From Bugula neritina (Eukaryota; Animalia; Bryozoa), in the NCBI GenBank assembly GCA_964035545.1, contig OZ037770.1:3752662-3816661 (forward strand): 64,000 nucleotides of DNA, written 5' to 3'. The stretch's first letter is position 1; the number at the start of each line of letters is the position of its first letter. This document shows positions 26,458 through 40,600 of this stretch, in pieces. Position numbers and translations under genes: made by a program. The notes under the pieces were generated by a model. It was not told where the DNA came from and made no database searches. It saw nothing but the letters and a program-made list of their open reading frames with translations.

Positions 26458-27950
26458 TTTCGTGACGGCCATACTTTCTTCTAATTAAATGTGCTGCTTT
26501 CTGTGCCATTCTGTTACAATAAAAAAATACGATGTTTCATTCAGGCATATCTGAACTATGGTGAGTTGTTGATGAAAATGGCACGTAGGAAAGAAGCCTA
26601 AACCCTCTACAATAAGGCCTTAGTCTATGATAAGAGAAATGCTGACTTGTACTACAACCTAGGAGTTGTCTTCTTAGAGCTCAAGGATGCTAAGCAGGCT
26701 ATGAGTCACTTTGATTTGGCTCTCTCTATCCACCCCAAGCATCAGGTATGTTAAAGCAGCGTAACAGAGGCAGCGTAGGCAGGTAGGAAAATGAATTCAC
26801 CTACTGCTATGAGTTCTTTAATTTGATTTTTCTTTTATCAAAGTTAAGAGAAGCATTTGACTTGTAAGTTTGTTGTATCATGTGGAATCAGTTTATAGGA
26901 TTTTACTGGTGAGAGTTTGAGGGTTTTCTTGTTGCTGGTTGCTTCACTTGACAAATTTATAAGTTATTTTCTATTTAGTAATTTTATTTAATTAATTTTT
27001 CTTGTGTCCTCAGCTGGGAATTGTCATCTCGTGGTAACATCTTTTCGAGTCAAACTAATATAAAGTAGAAAGTATCTATATATAGTAACATGTTGCAGTT
27101 GGCTCTCTACAACTCAGCTCTACTCATCCAAGAGTCGGCCCAACAAGAACTTTACGGGGAGGGGCTGAGACGCCTCGATCTCCTCATTGAACTCGACCCT
27201 AAGGAACCCCGCAACTATTTTTCCGCCGCTCTGTTGGCCACCGACAGCCAGCAGTTTGCTTTAGCTGAAAGATATTTTGTTCAGTGTTTAGAGGTGAAAG
27301 ATTTCCTTCTAGTCTAGTCAAACGTCTTTCCGATGTTCTGACTTTTACCAACAAATTTTGCTCCGAAATAAAGGCGAAGGTTTCAAAAGATTTTGCGTGA
27401 ATAAAAGCCAGAATTTTTTCAACTGTTCCTCAGTTTTTGATTCTAAAGCTGATTTCAATTCCTTATATTTTGTGGTGTTCTCTTCCTCTAATGTTTTCTA
27501 CTTTCTCTTCAAAACTGTGTGAGATAAACTGAAGTTGCCTCCTCTTTTTCTCTAATGCTATTTCACAGGCTGATCCTAGTTTCAAGGGAGCGCTATTTAA
27601 CTTAGCCTTACTTCTAACAAACAGTTTGCAGCGGCCGTCGGACGCCATCCCCTACCTGAATAGAAATATCCAACTATATCCTGACCATGTTAAGAGTTAC
27701 CTTCTCCTGGGAGATATCGCCATAAATCATGAGAAAGACCTCCAACTGGCTGAACAGGTGACTTTCTGGTGTATATTTAGTATTTCAAGTCTCACTTCTC
27801 ACTTTTAGAGTTCAAATCAAAATTGAAAGGAAACTGGTGTAAAGAGCATGCCTTAGTTTTATTTATTTCTATTTATTAATAATTTGTGTTAAAATTAGAT
27901 GCAAAACAAGACTCATTAATGTTGATAATTAGACAGTGAGTAGAAAGTTG

Positions 27951-28130
27951 AACTGAATGGTTCTATAAGCAGCACGGAGTTGGGAGTGGCTGAATGCAGT
28001 AGTTTCTGTTCTCAAGTTGGGGTTGGAGTTGGGTGTTTCAATAAAGCAATAAACCCCAACTCTAAAGATAATTGTTAACTACTGCACTCCGTCACCCCCA
28101 ACTCAGAGTTGCTTATAGAACCATTCAGTT
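27951..28130. mobile_element. Hairpin MITE with ~50-bp imperfect TIRs
   Basis: AACTGAATGGTTCTATAAGCA...TGCAGTAGTT / AACTACTGCA...TGCTTATAGAACCATTCAGTT. Confidence 0.7.
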
Positions 28131-29601
28131 GCACTAGTTTACTTTGTATACATGATATTGTAAACTGCTTCCCTTAGTCTGTTGCATTTCATGTACAACT
28201 AAGTATTTAGAAATATTAACTAATGGATATGCCACATCTAATCTATGTAGGCGTCAGCTATTCAATATAAATCAATTAATTTATATAACTATACAGTTGT
28301 ATATGCATATTGCTATGTAATCAATAGTAGTAGTGTGAAGTACTGTATATAACAGTGTTGTACTGTGGGTAGTTAACCTATAGTATAATATAATAAGTAT
28401 TTCACATAGTAATATGAACTCTATTTAGTCTAGTGTCTAGCTATGTTCACCTTTCTTCTAATCAATAGTTCACCCACCTTTCCCTCAATAACTATAATTT
28501 GTAACTATAGATTTATTCAATATTGAGGATTTCGAAATTTAAGAGTTGTGTTCTTCTAAAGACAGTTATATTGTAGTTAATCACTATTACACAGAAATTA
28601 GCTGCCTTCACTATTAGAAGGATATTGGTTTTGTCATTTCTTTCATTTTTAAATATTTAATTTTTACTAGTTATAACTTTGTAATTATGTTTTGACTTTT
28701 ATTGACCTTCAGTGTTTCTATATAATATAATGTAATATAATACCATGTTATTATGACCATTATGTCATTATAATTATATATTAAAGAGTTAGTTATATAT
28801 AGTAACATAATCATAGCACACTATCCTATATATCACAGACCAAGGTTACATATTTGCATGTTCTTCACAACTTGGTAGTAAAATACTGCTAATTACAGGC
28901 AATTATTCAGACATTACTTTCACTACTCTTTCCCTGGTAACTATAATTAGCTATTTATTGTTAGTCTCCATCTTAGTGTAAGTAGTGTTTAGCTACTGTA
29001 GGTTATGGGTCTCTGCAGAGTTCAAAACTTCATGTTATTGATTGCTCATATAACAGTTTATTAGTTACATCTCTATTCACACTTCAATAGTTACATCCTT
29101 CTCACATGCTGCCTGCTGCCTTAGCTACTTCTGTCTTCATTTTCTAGCAGCTGCTTAACTTCATGAGATCTGCATCTCACTTTTGCAAAACCTTTGAACT
29201 TTCTCGTCATACTAAAATTTCAAAAAGGAAAAATTTGATTCAGAAACTTCATATCAATTTAAATTACAAACTTTATGTCGATATAAAATGAAAATTTGAT
29301 TTCATTTTGAATTACAAACTAGATTTCAATTTTGAATCAAATTAAAACTTTCACATATAAGCATTGAGCGATAAGTTACACCAGATAAAGAAACTGGTAT
29401 GCCTCAGTTTAAAGAGAATGTTATAGATAGAAACTGGGTCCCTTGTTATACTCAGGTTACCTCTAAACTTGTCAGCTTTGAGCAGTGGACCAACTATTCA
29501 ATTTAGACATTTCCTAATATTCAAAGTGATGAAAGTTATGTAAAATATTCTTTGATGTAGCATGTTGGTGCTATGCATAGGCCTTCCTTATGTAGACACT
29601 T

Positions 29602-29820
29602 ATGTCACTAGTTTACGTTGTGATGTCACTAGTTTATGCTAACATGTCACTAGTTTATGTTGTGATGTCACCAGTTTATGTGGTGATGTCACTAGTTTAT
29701 GTGGTGATGTCACTAGTGTATGTTGTGATACTAGTTCATGTTGTAATGTCACTAGTCTATGTTATCATGTCACTAGTCAATGTGATGATGTCACTAGTGT
29801 ATATATAATGAAGTCACTTG
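29602..29820. repeat. 21-bp tandem repeat (~10 copies, ATGTCACTAGTTTATGTTGTG) just upstream of the last TMTC3 acceptor
   Basis: Direct reading; explains spurious ORF 29602-29808. Confidence 0.9.
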
Positions 29821-32800
29821 TGTTGCAGTGTTTCTCTAAAGTTAAGAGTCTAGAACCCAGTAACATCCAGGGCCAACACAACCTCTGTGTAGTCTATGTG
29901 GAGAAGGGAGAGCTGGACCTAGCCGAATCTTGTCTTGCTGCCATCATGGCTGCCGCCCCCACTGAGCATTACGTTCAGCAGCACCTTGCCGTTGTCAGAC
30001 AGCGTCTGGCAGATAAACTAAGACCTACCTAGTTATTTATTAGTCTATAGGGTAGTTATCTGGAATGTTATTATATTACTCTGTAAATCTACACTCAGTT
30101 ACTTATCAGGAGCATTAATCATGAATCTCATTAATTCTAGAATTTATTTTTGTAAAAACCTATTCTATACTGTTTGCTAGTGCTGAGCTGGTATCGTGGA
30201 TGTCTCAGGATTTATTTTGCTAAGCAGGGTATCATTCTAACTACTTGAATTATGATCTGTACATTCCTACTCTGTGATGAAATAAAATATATTTTGTAAA
30301 TTGACATGTTATCAGTTTTCACATCCTGTGCATGATCTGAATCTACCTCTGATTCATAATCACTGAAGAGGTCAATTTTTGTGAATAATTACCTCTAATA
30401 ATTCCAAACCATATGTTTATGGCTTGTGACTTGAAATTTACTCAAGTTGGACTCTGACATGACTTGTAACTACTTGATGGTCACCCATCCTAATAAATTT
30501 CACAGCATAATAAATTACAGTATAACTTAACACACCTGTAATATAGCAGTGCATTGAACTATAAATGCGATTTAGACTTAATTCTATATACAAACCATCT
30601 AAATTTTAGACTCAGTCTTATATTATATGCTAGTAGCTGTTGGGACTTCACATAAGCTACAAAAGCTTTTCCTTAATGCATTATAGCTTTTCACATATCA
30701 TCTCAGCTATGCCAGCTTTTTCCACAAATATTATAACTACTACACAAAAGCTAACTTTTTTCACTATAGTTTAAAAACCCAGAATTTCTACTTATCCATA
30801 CACTTGCGTCTCAAACTTGCAACTTATAACTTATGATATAACCTTTTTCACATTGCTATTTTCTTTCAGCCTGCAACGATAAATATTTCTATACACTTAA
30901 AACACAACACTGGTAAAGACTTGGTGTTATAATATACACAATTTATACTGAGTATTATATACAAGTTATAGACTTATGAAGAGGAAGCTACAGCTGTTAA
31001 CAACATATTGTCTATACCTCACATTGAGTCAAAATAAAGAAATCGAGGAGGTAACTCCCAAATAGGAAGATATGTAAAATTAGGATCGATATGTAAATGT
31101 AGGAGTTGTACTACTATGTGCCATTAAAAGAAAACTTGCCTTCTCATGATAAAAAGTCAAGAAAAATAAGAACCGCTGCTCGAACAAGTGAGTTGTTGGA
31201 GTGGTTTTGAGACTGACAGATATGATTGTTGTTTTTGGCGCTGTCGCCATCTTTCGGATTTCTAAGATTATTGTATTTTGCAATTGGCCCTCAGCCGTTG
31301 TAATATTGTACTTACTAAAGGAAAATTCTACATTTTTTGTTACTTTTGGTTTTATCGTTCTGTCTTTTTGTCTGAATCGGCTGCGCAGTTAGTTTTTGGT
31401 GTTACAATAATATATTGGTGTAGTGAATATTATTCAATTTGTTCATATTCTATTGTATGTTATTATTAACTTCTCTCTTTGTTTGTGATTGCATCGGTCT
31501 GTGTGCAGAACGTAGTCAATTCTAGTATCTCAAGGTTATTAAAAAGTAATTCCTGTGTTGATACCCATCTGATCTTAAAATAGTAATAGTTTTGGATAAC
31601 ATAAAAATCTGACATTTACATTCGCATAACCGCAGCTGAGCAGTAGTAGACCATGGTATTTTTGGTCTCACTGAACACTTTCCTTTGTCATACTCCGACA
31701 TAATAGTTGTAGTAGATATTAATATAGAGATTTGAACTATACTACTCAGTTTCACTACCCGATCCGACACCGCGGCTACAAACAAACATCTTAACCTTGG
31801 CTTTGCTTTGCGCTACTCTACATCGGCGCGTCATACATTACATCTGGAAGAGCATTAAAATGATAGAGTGGGCCTAAGTGACAACTATAACAATAATTGA
31901 CTCTTCACTTATTGCTACTCATAGCTACATAAGTTGCATCTGTTAGTTAAGTTTTTAGTACGATTTACATATATTGATAATACTCCATTTGAAGTTAAAC
32001 TGTACTCTATTCTACAGTTTCACAGGGTACAACATCAACTTATTAACTTCAACCAAATATATAGAATTTCCTTACTAGTACAGACTGGTATACCTAAAAC
32101 CTTATGTACTGCCAAGGAAAGATAATATCAGAAGTTGCTTTACAATGCAGTTCAACTTACAAGCAAAGGAGACAACTTCCAAAACTAAACAAAGAACTCT
32201 ACGATGAAATGCTATACTTATACCAATCAAACTATAATATCTTCAACCGATTAGAAAATCTTGCAAGAAGTGAGACAACTTTAAACATCTTCAGGACTAA
32301 AGTTTAGTTAAATGAGTTTTAGATATTATATTTACTACTACTATAATAACTATTAGATTATATGGCATAATTTTTATTTTTAAACAATGAAAATTCAACA
32401 ATGAGCTGAAAATAAATGTTATGTAATAACTTAATGTGGTGAATTCCAAAGTACAAATTAGCTACACAGAATTAAAAATGGCTATTAGATTACTCATGCT
32501 AAATATATTATTTATCATGCATTTGGAACTTTGTGAGAAAAGTTCTGTAGTGTTCAGTGATGAGCACATCTTACTAGTTGTGTTCAGTTTTATTATTCAG
32601 TGCAGGTAAGATTTCACACAGCTTCTATATGCTTCTTTATACGTATATACTTCATATTTTATTATGTTAAATTTGTCCTAATAATTATGTTGTTTATGCA
32701 TGTGCAAATAGGTAACTTGACAGATTAATAGATATACATATACAACGGCACTCATTGAAGGGACAGTTACTACTATATATCAGCTTCTTTTTATTTTTCG

Positions 32801-35327
32801 TATTTTAATATGCTGTCATATTGCCTATATAAGAAATGGAAAATATATTTTGTTTAAATATTGTATCACTTTTTGATAAAGCCTGATCTGTTGCTTTTTT
32901 AGGGTTATCTTCTCAAAACAAAGATGCAGACATTCCAGAAGAATCTTCAAAATAGATAACTCAAGCCAGACATTAAAAGATTTTATCATATCCGGAGCAG
33001 AAAATCCACAAAATTCACCTGATAAGAAGAAATATGCGCCTCAACAAGCACATAGAAACTTGGTAAAGAAATTAGATAATGTCAGCCCGGAGATGCTAGA
33101 TGACGCAGAGGAAAAGTTAAAGGTAGCGAAAAACAAATTTAAAGAGTTGGAAGATGATATAAAACTTTTTGGCAACACTTGGGATAACTTATTTAACACA
33201 GATGAAGAGATTGTAGAAGGCTTCACAGATTACTTTGGCTCCTCAAGCTCAAAAGCTGCAAAGAATAAGCTAAACTTTGGAAACTCAAAACAACCAACGG
33301 ATATAGAACCGGTATAAGACTTGAGACGACATCTACAGAGAAGAATGATTTGTTAACTCCACCGCTTGCCATTGAATTTGTATTTGAAAAAGATTGGAGG
33401 CCGTTTAATGTTTCTCCAGGTTCTTCTAACCTACATCAACATCTGCCCGAAGCTTCTCAAGATGTTTGGCCACCATTAGCATCTACCATTCCCTCAGTAG
33501 ACGTAAAAACACATGCACAGAAACATTGGTGGAGAGAGATCAAGGAGACAACAGCAGACAAAAACAAGAACAGCTATTGAGAAAGTCAGCCAAAGACAGA
33601 ATAATGAGACTGCTAACTTGTTCTTCTCTCCGCCCTTTGTCATCATAATCTTGTTCTATTAGTGACATCTGTATATGAATCTATACTGTACTCTCCTCCC
33701 ACTAGAGTTATTCCAGTTAGTTCTCGACCAATGTCTAATTATATGAAACAGCTGAACAAGCTATTTGTCTACTGCAGAAAACATCAACTTTATTATTTAA
33801 CTATATAAAGTATTTATATGTTACCTATCCATATCTTAGCTGTTTCATGTTTTTCTTACTATATATACCTCTATAAGTTTTTAGCTGTAGATAACTGACC
33901 ATATAATATTTGTCTCTAACTATGCTTTTTATGTTTGGAATTATTTGAAAAGTATAGTAATTGCCGAACGTCACCATGATAATTTCAAAATTAAGTAATA
34001 TATAAGCAGTTCTATAACATATATTATAATCACAATTATCAATGGGTACTCTAAAGCAGTGCTGTCCAACAAGCAGCCCCAGACTGAGTGTCACCCCTAG
34101 TCTACAGGCCTTATAGAAAAGAGACAACAATAAGTGTTGCTGAAGATATTTCAAGTTAAATCATAGAAGAAAGCTTTTGGAAAGTTTTATTCCCAAAGTT
34201 ACTACACGCAAAGTCATTACTCTGCTATCTATAACATATACTCATATATGAACATGTGTTCCACTCTTACATGCAAGAGTTCAAGGGCAATAACATTCTC
34301 TGCACGTACGTACCTTACGATTGACTTTTTATTCAATATTTATTCGCTAAACTCTAGTCCTGAAAATCTTTAGAGTTGTCCCACTTTGTTGCAAGATTTT
34401 CTAGCTGGTTCAGGAAATTTTAGTTTGATTTGTATCAATCGAATTTCAATGCAGTATTCTTTGTTTAGTTTTAGAAGTCGTACTTTCAGTTACGAAGGGC
34501 TACTTTCATGTGACATGAGTACTTCAAAAATATTTTATAAGTAATTACATACTTGTTTTGTAATGCTATGTAAACAACTAGAAGCTGTTTTGCACATTCT
34601 ATTGCAATATTTTGGTACTTTATTAGCCTGCTTGAGAGATGAATAACTTGCAGATGTACATAAATAAAATTTGACAGATTTTATAATTGTTATTTTTAGA
34701 TTATAAACTTATTATTCTAGTCACCGGTTACTGAAGTTTAATGTCAACATGCCAATTGGAAATACTATACATTTTTACATCACTGTTATTTTTAGATTGT
34801 GGATCAATTTTTGTTGTCACGAATTACTGAAGTTGAATTCTATAAGACCTTGAAAACCATATAAAAGCAAACATTTTAACATAATATATTTGAATAAAGT
34901 TTATTGATAAAATATGAACAGCAAAGTTTGATATACTAGCAAGCTAATTGATATAGTAATATTGATAACATGGCAGTTAAAACATGTGCTTGAGACTTAA
35001 CCTAGTCAGAACTTAGTGTCACATCAACATAGAAGGAATAATAAACTTGGCTAAATAAAAGGTGTGATATAAGTAGTGGTTGTTAGTGTTTAAAAAGTCA
35101 TAAAATCAACTGTTACAATATATTGATAATAAATATTATAACCTAACATTCTATATACTCTAGGTATAATTAAAATATAGTAGTTAAAAACCTATGCTAG
35201 ATAATATATGGCTGTCAAGTAATAGTAAACGCAAGTCACACAGACTCGCTCTTATATATTTGGAGTCAATAATCTTAAATAGTTAAATAAAGCTTTGTGT
35301 AGCTTCAAATTGGAGTTATGTACTGAG

Positions 35328-37685
35328 TTAGGGGTTGTCCTTTCTGTTAAACCCATCGAAGCCAGGAAAAAGGTAAAGTCTTTTACCATAAGGAAGAGTA
35401 TTCCAGATTACAATCAAATTTCCGTTTCTCTCTGAATCTTCATCTGCATAGAGTTTCTTCACTAGTTTAGTCTGCACCTGTAGAGTAAGTAATGACTAGT
35501 AAGATTGTTTATCAATTCACTGTTATAGCTGAGCCAAGATGTAAATATTGTATCCTACTTGTAACAAATATGAACAGCAAACACTTTGGGAATTGTCTAC
35601 CACCGTCTTATCATATAGCATATAGCAGTACAGTGGCACTAGTTATTAGCAAACTACAAGAACGTATATTGACAAGGAAAAGAAACTATAGAGCTAAAGA
35701 AATTGTAAGAACAAAAGCTACTAGTTAAACTAGAGAAAACTAGGAACGACGTTCTGTTACTAAAAATAGTAGATATCTTTTTTCAAAGGATAAAAGAGTT
35801 CCAACATAAAAATGGACAAAATGATATCATGAGAAATTATATTTTAATTTCTTAAATAAAATTGAAATATCAAAAAAGTTTGTGATTTTTAAACTCACAT
35901 GCTGAAAGAGAGTGTAGAGATCACGGTGACAGGCATGTTTGTAGATTGAAGATACTAGAGCTCTAATCATGGGAGATCCATACTCAGGATGTCTCTTTGA
36001 TGCTAAAATAAAATTGAATGCAGTCAAAATACAGGTCAAGAAAGACCAACTCTAACACGTTTTAGTTTTAGTGGAACATAATTTTAATCTCAAGTTTCTA
36101 GAAAATACTATCCTCATTTTGATGCTGCAATAAAAGTATATGTAGCTCAAATTCTGGTGTAGTCAGAGCAAGTTTAAATTTTTTTTATTTCTGTTTGGTT
36201 TTTAGCATTAGCAAGCAATATGGCTAGTACACGGAAAACCTTACATAACATGGTCAAATTAACTTTGAGAAACAAACTTTTAGATCAACAAAAACTGTAG
36301 CTGCACACCTAACAAACTAATGAATAACTTTCTCCTGCTATACTTACAGCAAACGTTACTCTTTAGAACAAGAAGATCATCTATATCCCGTACAGTTCTA
36401 CACTCTTCTATTCTAGGTTCTGATGGTGAGACTGGTCTAATAGGTCTTATTATGCTGGGTGATTCAGGATATACAATGTCATCATCATCAGGTTCAGGGT
36501 GTGTAGAAGAGACAGCTTCAGTTTCCTCTTCTTGAGCTGCTGCAAGACTTGATCTCTCTGGATTCGCCTCAATGTCTGCTGCAAGGCAAACATTACAAAT
36601 ATCTTAACTTTGTGAGCTGAACAATCTCAAGACACCCAGTTGCTCAAGCATCAAAACTGTGAATCAAGTTAAACTGCATATTGATTAGATGACTGGTCTC
36701 TGACAGAAAGTCTTCACTATTTCAACCATTGAACTAAACGTTCCAGTTTATACTACAAAACAACTACCTCCACTGCTGGCTTCTAGGAAGACAACTTTAG
36801 GTTTTCTCTTCATTCCATCGAAATACAAAGGAGTGAGTAAATCACACAGGTTAGTGAGGTTGACCTTCTTAAGGTCAGTTCCATAGATGCAGTTATCTTC
36901 CCCACCATGAGTCATGACAACCAGCATATGACATCCCAAGTCTTTGTGTATTTCTTTTTTCACCCCAGTCTTCACTGTAGACAGCATTTCCTGAAAGTTT
37001 GAAAATGTGTATATAACCAATGATATAAATTCACTTCACTTTAAGTTGTCAAATGACTGCTATTATAGATTTATGCAGTGCAAACAAAAACTTGTCTCAT
37101 CTATAACCTATCAAAAGACCCAACAGTGAAAAAAACTAACAAGCTCCAGAAAATTTAATGCAGCTTTAGAAAAATTTCAAAAACAATAACCAACATAAAA
37201 AATTCACTTTATTTTAAGTTGTCAAATGACTGTGATTCATGCAATGCAAACAAAACCTTTTCACATGAATCTACCTATCGAAAAACCAAACAGTGAAAAA
37301 AAAACCAACAAGCTCTAGAAATTTTGATGCAGTTGTAGAGAAATTCTAAGAACAATAAAAAAAACATAATTTAATGGATGTAAAAAATAGTTTTATTTTG
37401 TTAAAATATTTTACATGCTTCAAAAATATTTGATTAAAGGACAAAAAACATTATATATGAAAATTTACTTGATGGTCAAATAGTGTTCGCATTACCTTCA
37501 CCATAACAACATACCTCTGCTGTCAGGTCTGTGTGTGTCTCAACATCAAATTTGAGAGATTTCAACATGAGAGACATATTCTCAACATCAGCATCTGAAC
37601 CTTCCCTGCATAAGTCTGGTCTTTCAACAAAGTTCTTGTTGTTTATTATCAGAGCTTTCCCTCTCTCTCTGGTCATACTGAACGC
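35328..37685 (-). CDS. Caspase-fold domain (5 exons: p20, p20, linker, p10, p10) of copy 2
   Basis: RGKALIINN; REGSDAD; VVMTHGG (catalytic His); IYGTD; KPKVVFLEASSG (Cys replaced); DDLLVLKS; SKRHPEYGSPMIRAL; NTLPYGKRLYLFPG. Confidence 0.88.
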
Positions 37686-40600
37686 CTGGATATTAATATA
37701 GTTAGAGTATCACATACAGCAGTGACACACATGAGCCAAAGTTGAGAGTACATAGATAGTGGCATGCTTTCAAAATAAATAGTAATAGTTAATTTAGCTC
37801 TCAAGATGCCATATATGGTGCCTCAAATTTCTAGGTCTGACAAAAAGCAGTAAAGCATTCTCTCAATTGCAAAATCAATTTTACATCTTTATGCTAAAAT
37901 TTAAATTTGTTACATTTTAGTTATAACATGAACTAAGCAAACTCTTGTTTAAGACACCAGTTGTCATTTTTCCAACAAAACATGTAAATAGTCCATTAAG
38001 TATGCTGGTTATTGTTACAAAAGTCATTCAGGATATTATTGAGGTTACAAAATAAGAGTTATTACACTGCATGACTATATGTTGTTGAAAATAGCTTATA
38101 TTTAACTTTAAGTTTTTACAAACCAAGCATGTATTTGCAAGGCTGTAGAATTGAATAAGGACAATTTACGGCTCTAATAAAATTTGTTTGCATATTACAC
38201 TTTACTGGCTCAAAATAGACCAATATCTATTTTATGTAAACAAAGTTTCTAAAACCAAACCATCTGCAAAACATTCACTTAGCTTACAGATACAATCGAT
38301 TGCAGTGGAAAATTATAGTAAAATCAACTTTAAGCTTAAAGGTCACAAAAGAAATCATACTATAAATTGTTTGCCCCACTAAGATTACTCTATGACCATA
38401 TATATATGGAGTTACTGGGAAATCTCAACCCTTCCTCCTAAGCAATTCCTCTGATCTCTTTCTACAATTCCTTCAGCTTTCAGGTTCTCTTAGCCTTTGA
38501 CCTCCTTAGGAGTACTGCTATACTGTTACTATTACTTTTTAATAAAGGTCAAAAGAGCCCACAAAAAATACATTCCCTCTTACTGGAATTCAAATAGTAG
38601 AAGTCTAGCTTTCAGGCGTGCTAGCAAGATAAACATTACACTACAAGGACTAATGAGTAATCTCCACACAACAAATGCCTTCTAATCATGACAACCAATT
38701 GAACCCAAACTAATAAAAACAGAGCAGAAACTATGGCTAAACCAAAACCTACAAGTATAGTAAAATGATAGAATTTGAAAATGTGCATGCATTTAGATCA
38801 ATTGATTTTCAGATCCAATTGAACAACTGCACATGACAATCTAGTAAAAGGAGTTTTTAGAAACCGAAATACTCTACTAGGTGGAGAAAGGAGAGCTGCT
38901 ATTACTTGTGTTCATCAACTAATAAATTCACCTTTTCAGTGTTTGAAAAGAGTTGTTTTATCCTTGAGTTGGTTGTTGGCTTTAGTTCAAGTTGTATTAA
39001 CTTCATGTCTTCCTCATTCTCTTCATCAGGGTACAGATTGTCATCATCTTCAGAGAGATCACTCAGATCATCATCATTTAACTCATCTACAGTCACATCA
39101 TTAGACAGATTATTGTCAACATTTGAAACCATAAACTACATACCTCGCTTAGACAGGAGAAGAAGCAATTAATTTTAAAAGTCACAATCAGATATGATTT
39201 GTAGGGAAATGTAGGGCAAAATTTGCAAAGCCTATAATTTTACCAATACTGCTGGTATAAAAAATGAGCTCTGTCTAAAAAATTCACCATTTGATTTGCT
39301 CTGCTCTCTTCGAACTTTGAGCTCAGAAAGAAAGTTCTTCAATTGATTTGTTTCTGTTTCAGAAAAAGTCTCACCTGAACAATACAGACAGAATTAGTAA
39401 CATCAAAACTAGATGAGAGGCATTAGAAGAATATGAGACATAATCAAAAGCTCATGTATCAAGTTTATATTTTATAAGTCAGCCTAGAAGTTCATTAGAA
39501 TAGCTGTGTAATTTGCTAATGTCCATCTAGCTGCTATTAAAATTCATCAGTGCCTGGAAAAATAGTGGATACGTTTTGATAGTGCAACAAACTATTTAAA
39601 AACATTTGGGCAAAGCAATCAAAAGTGAATCATAGTTGTAAACATACATGGATGAATTAGAGCACTGGGTATCTCTTCATCGTTACACAATATCTTTGAA
39701 GATCCATGACACTTCTTGACATTTGGTGGCAGTTGGTTTTTTAGAGAACGGAAACACCATTTAGGATGCAAAAGCTTTTTAGGGATAGAAACCCCCAGTA
39801 GCATGCAGTGACCACAGATGCAGGCAGTAACTGGTCGACTAGCGGTCCAAGTTACCATGACATGTCTGAGAATGTTGTTTGTGGCTGAAATGAGTTTTTC
39901 CCACATCCTGGAAATGTGAGGACCATCGGATGAAACATAGAGTAAAACTCTTCTAGATTCATAGTCATGTGTCAGCTGCGTGTATGTCTCATCTTGATAG
40001 ACAGTTGCTCCATTTCTCTTCACCTTCATTGTAGCAAACTCTTTAGAAAACAGTTCTAGCAAACCAACTGTCATTTGGTGGTAGACATGCAGCGGTAAAG
40101 CTAGGCCCTTAAACTTTATCTCAGTGTGAAGGACCATATCCTTTGGTGAGGTGTATGACACACCGTGATGTTCCTTAGCGAACTGAGGGATGATGAAGTA
40201 CGGTTCATGGACATCATTTTCCAGAGGGCCAAATAACAAACGGAATGTTCTAAGCAAGCAAATAGCAGTTTCAACATCATGGGAGCTTTTGAATAATGTT
40301 TCCTTTGCGATCAAATATGTTAGAAGAGATTTCATCATCAAGCCTGTTGTTTTGAAGCAATTCACAGACTCTTTAAACTCTTCTGTTTCAATTCTCAACC
40401 CTTCTTCGGAAATGTATGATTGGAAGTGATCAACTCTTTTCTGCCAGATCTCTGGGTCATGATGATACAAGACACATAGTAGTTTGGTAACTTCTGTGAT
40501 CTTGTGAAATATGTATGGTTTGAGTGCATCGATATTTTTATACCAGAGAACTTTACCGCAGTCGTGCATGTATGTGAGAATGGTATCTAGCTGATGTGGC

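Larger units (their letters stand above)
20001..30032 (+). pseudogene. TMTC3: Protein O-mannosyltransferase TMTC3-like gene (15 exons) with one in-frame stop
   Basis: Exons ~20001-20189, 20670-20806, 21615-21802, 22463-22578, 22731-22906, 23890-24142, 24284-24435, 24632-24757, 25505-25606, 25691-25815, 25914-26059, 26545-26745, 27099-27293, 27569-27757, 29829-30032. Motifs [85 protein letters not shown], followed by TPRs. In-frame TAA at 26599-26601. Gene identity is high confidence; pseudogene status is less certain. Confidence 0.8.

Noticed and set aside
29602-29808. MSLVYVV-repeat ORF
   Set aside because: Product of a 21-bp intronic tandem repeat.
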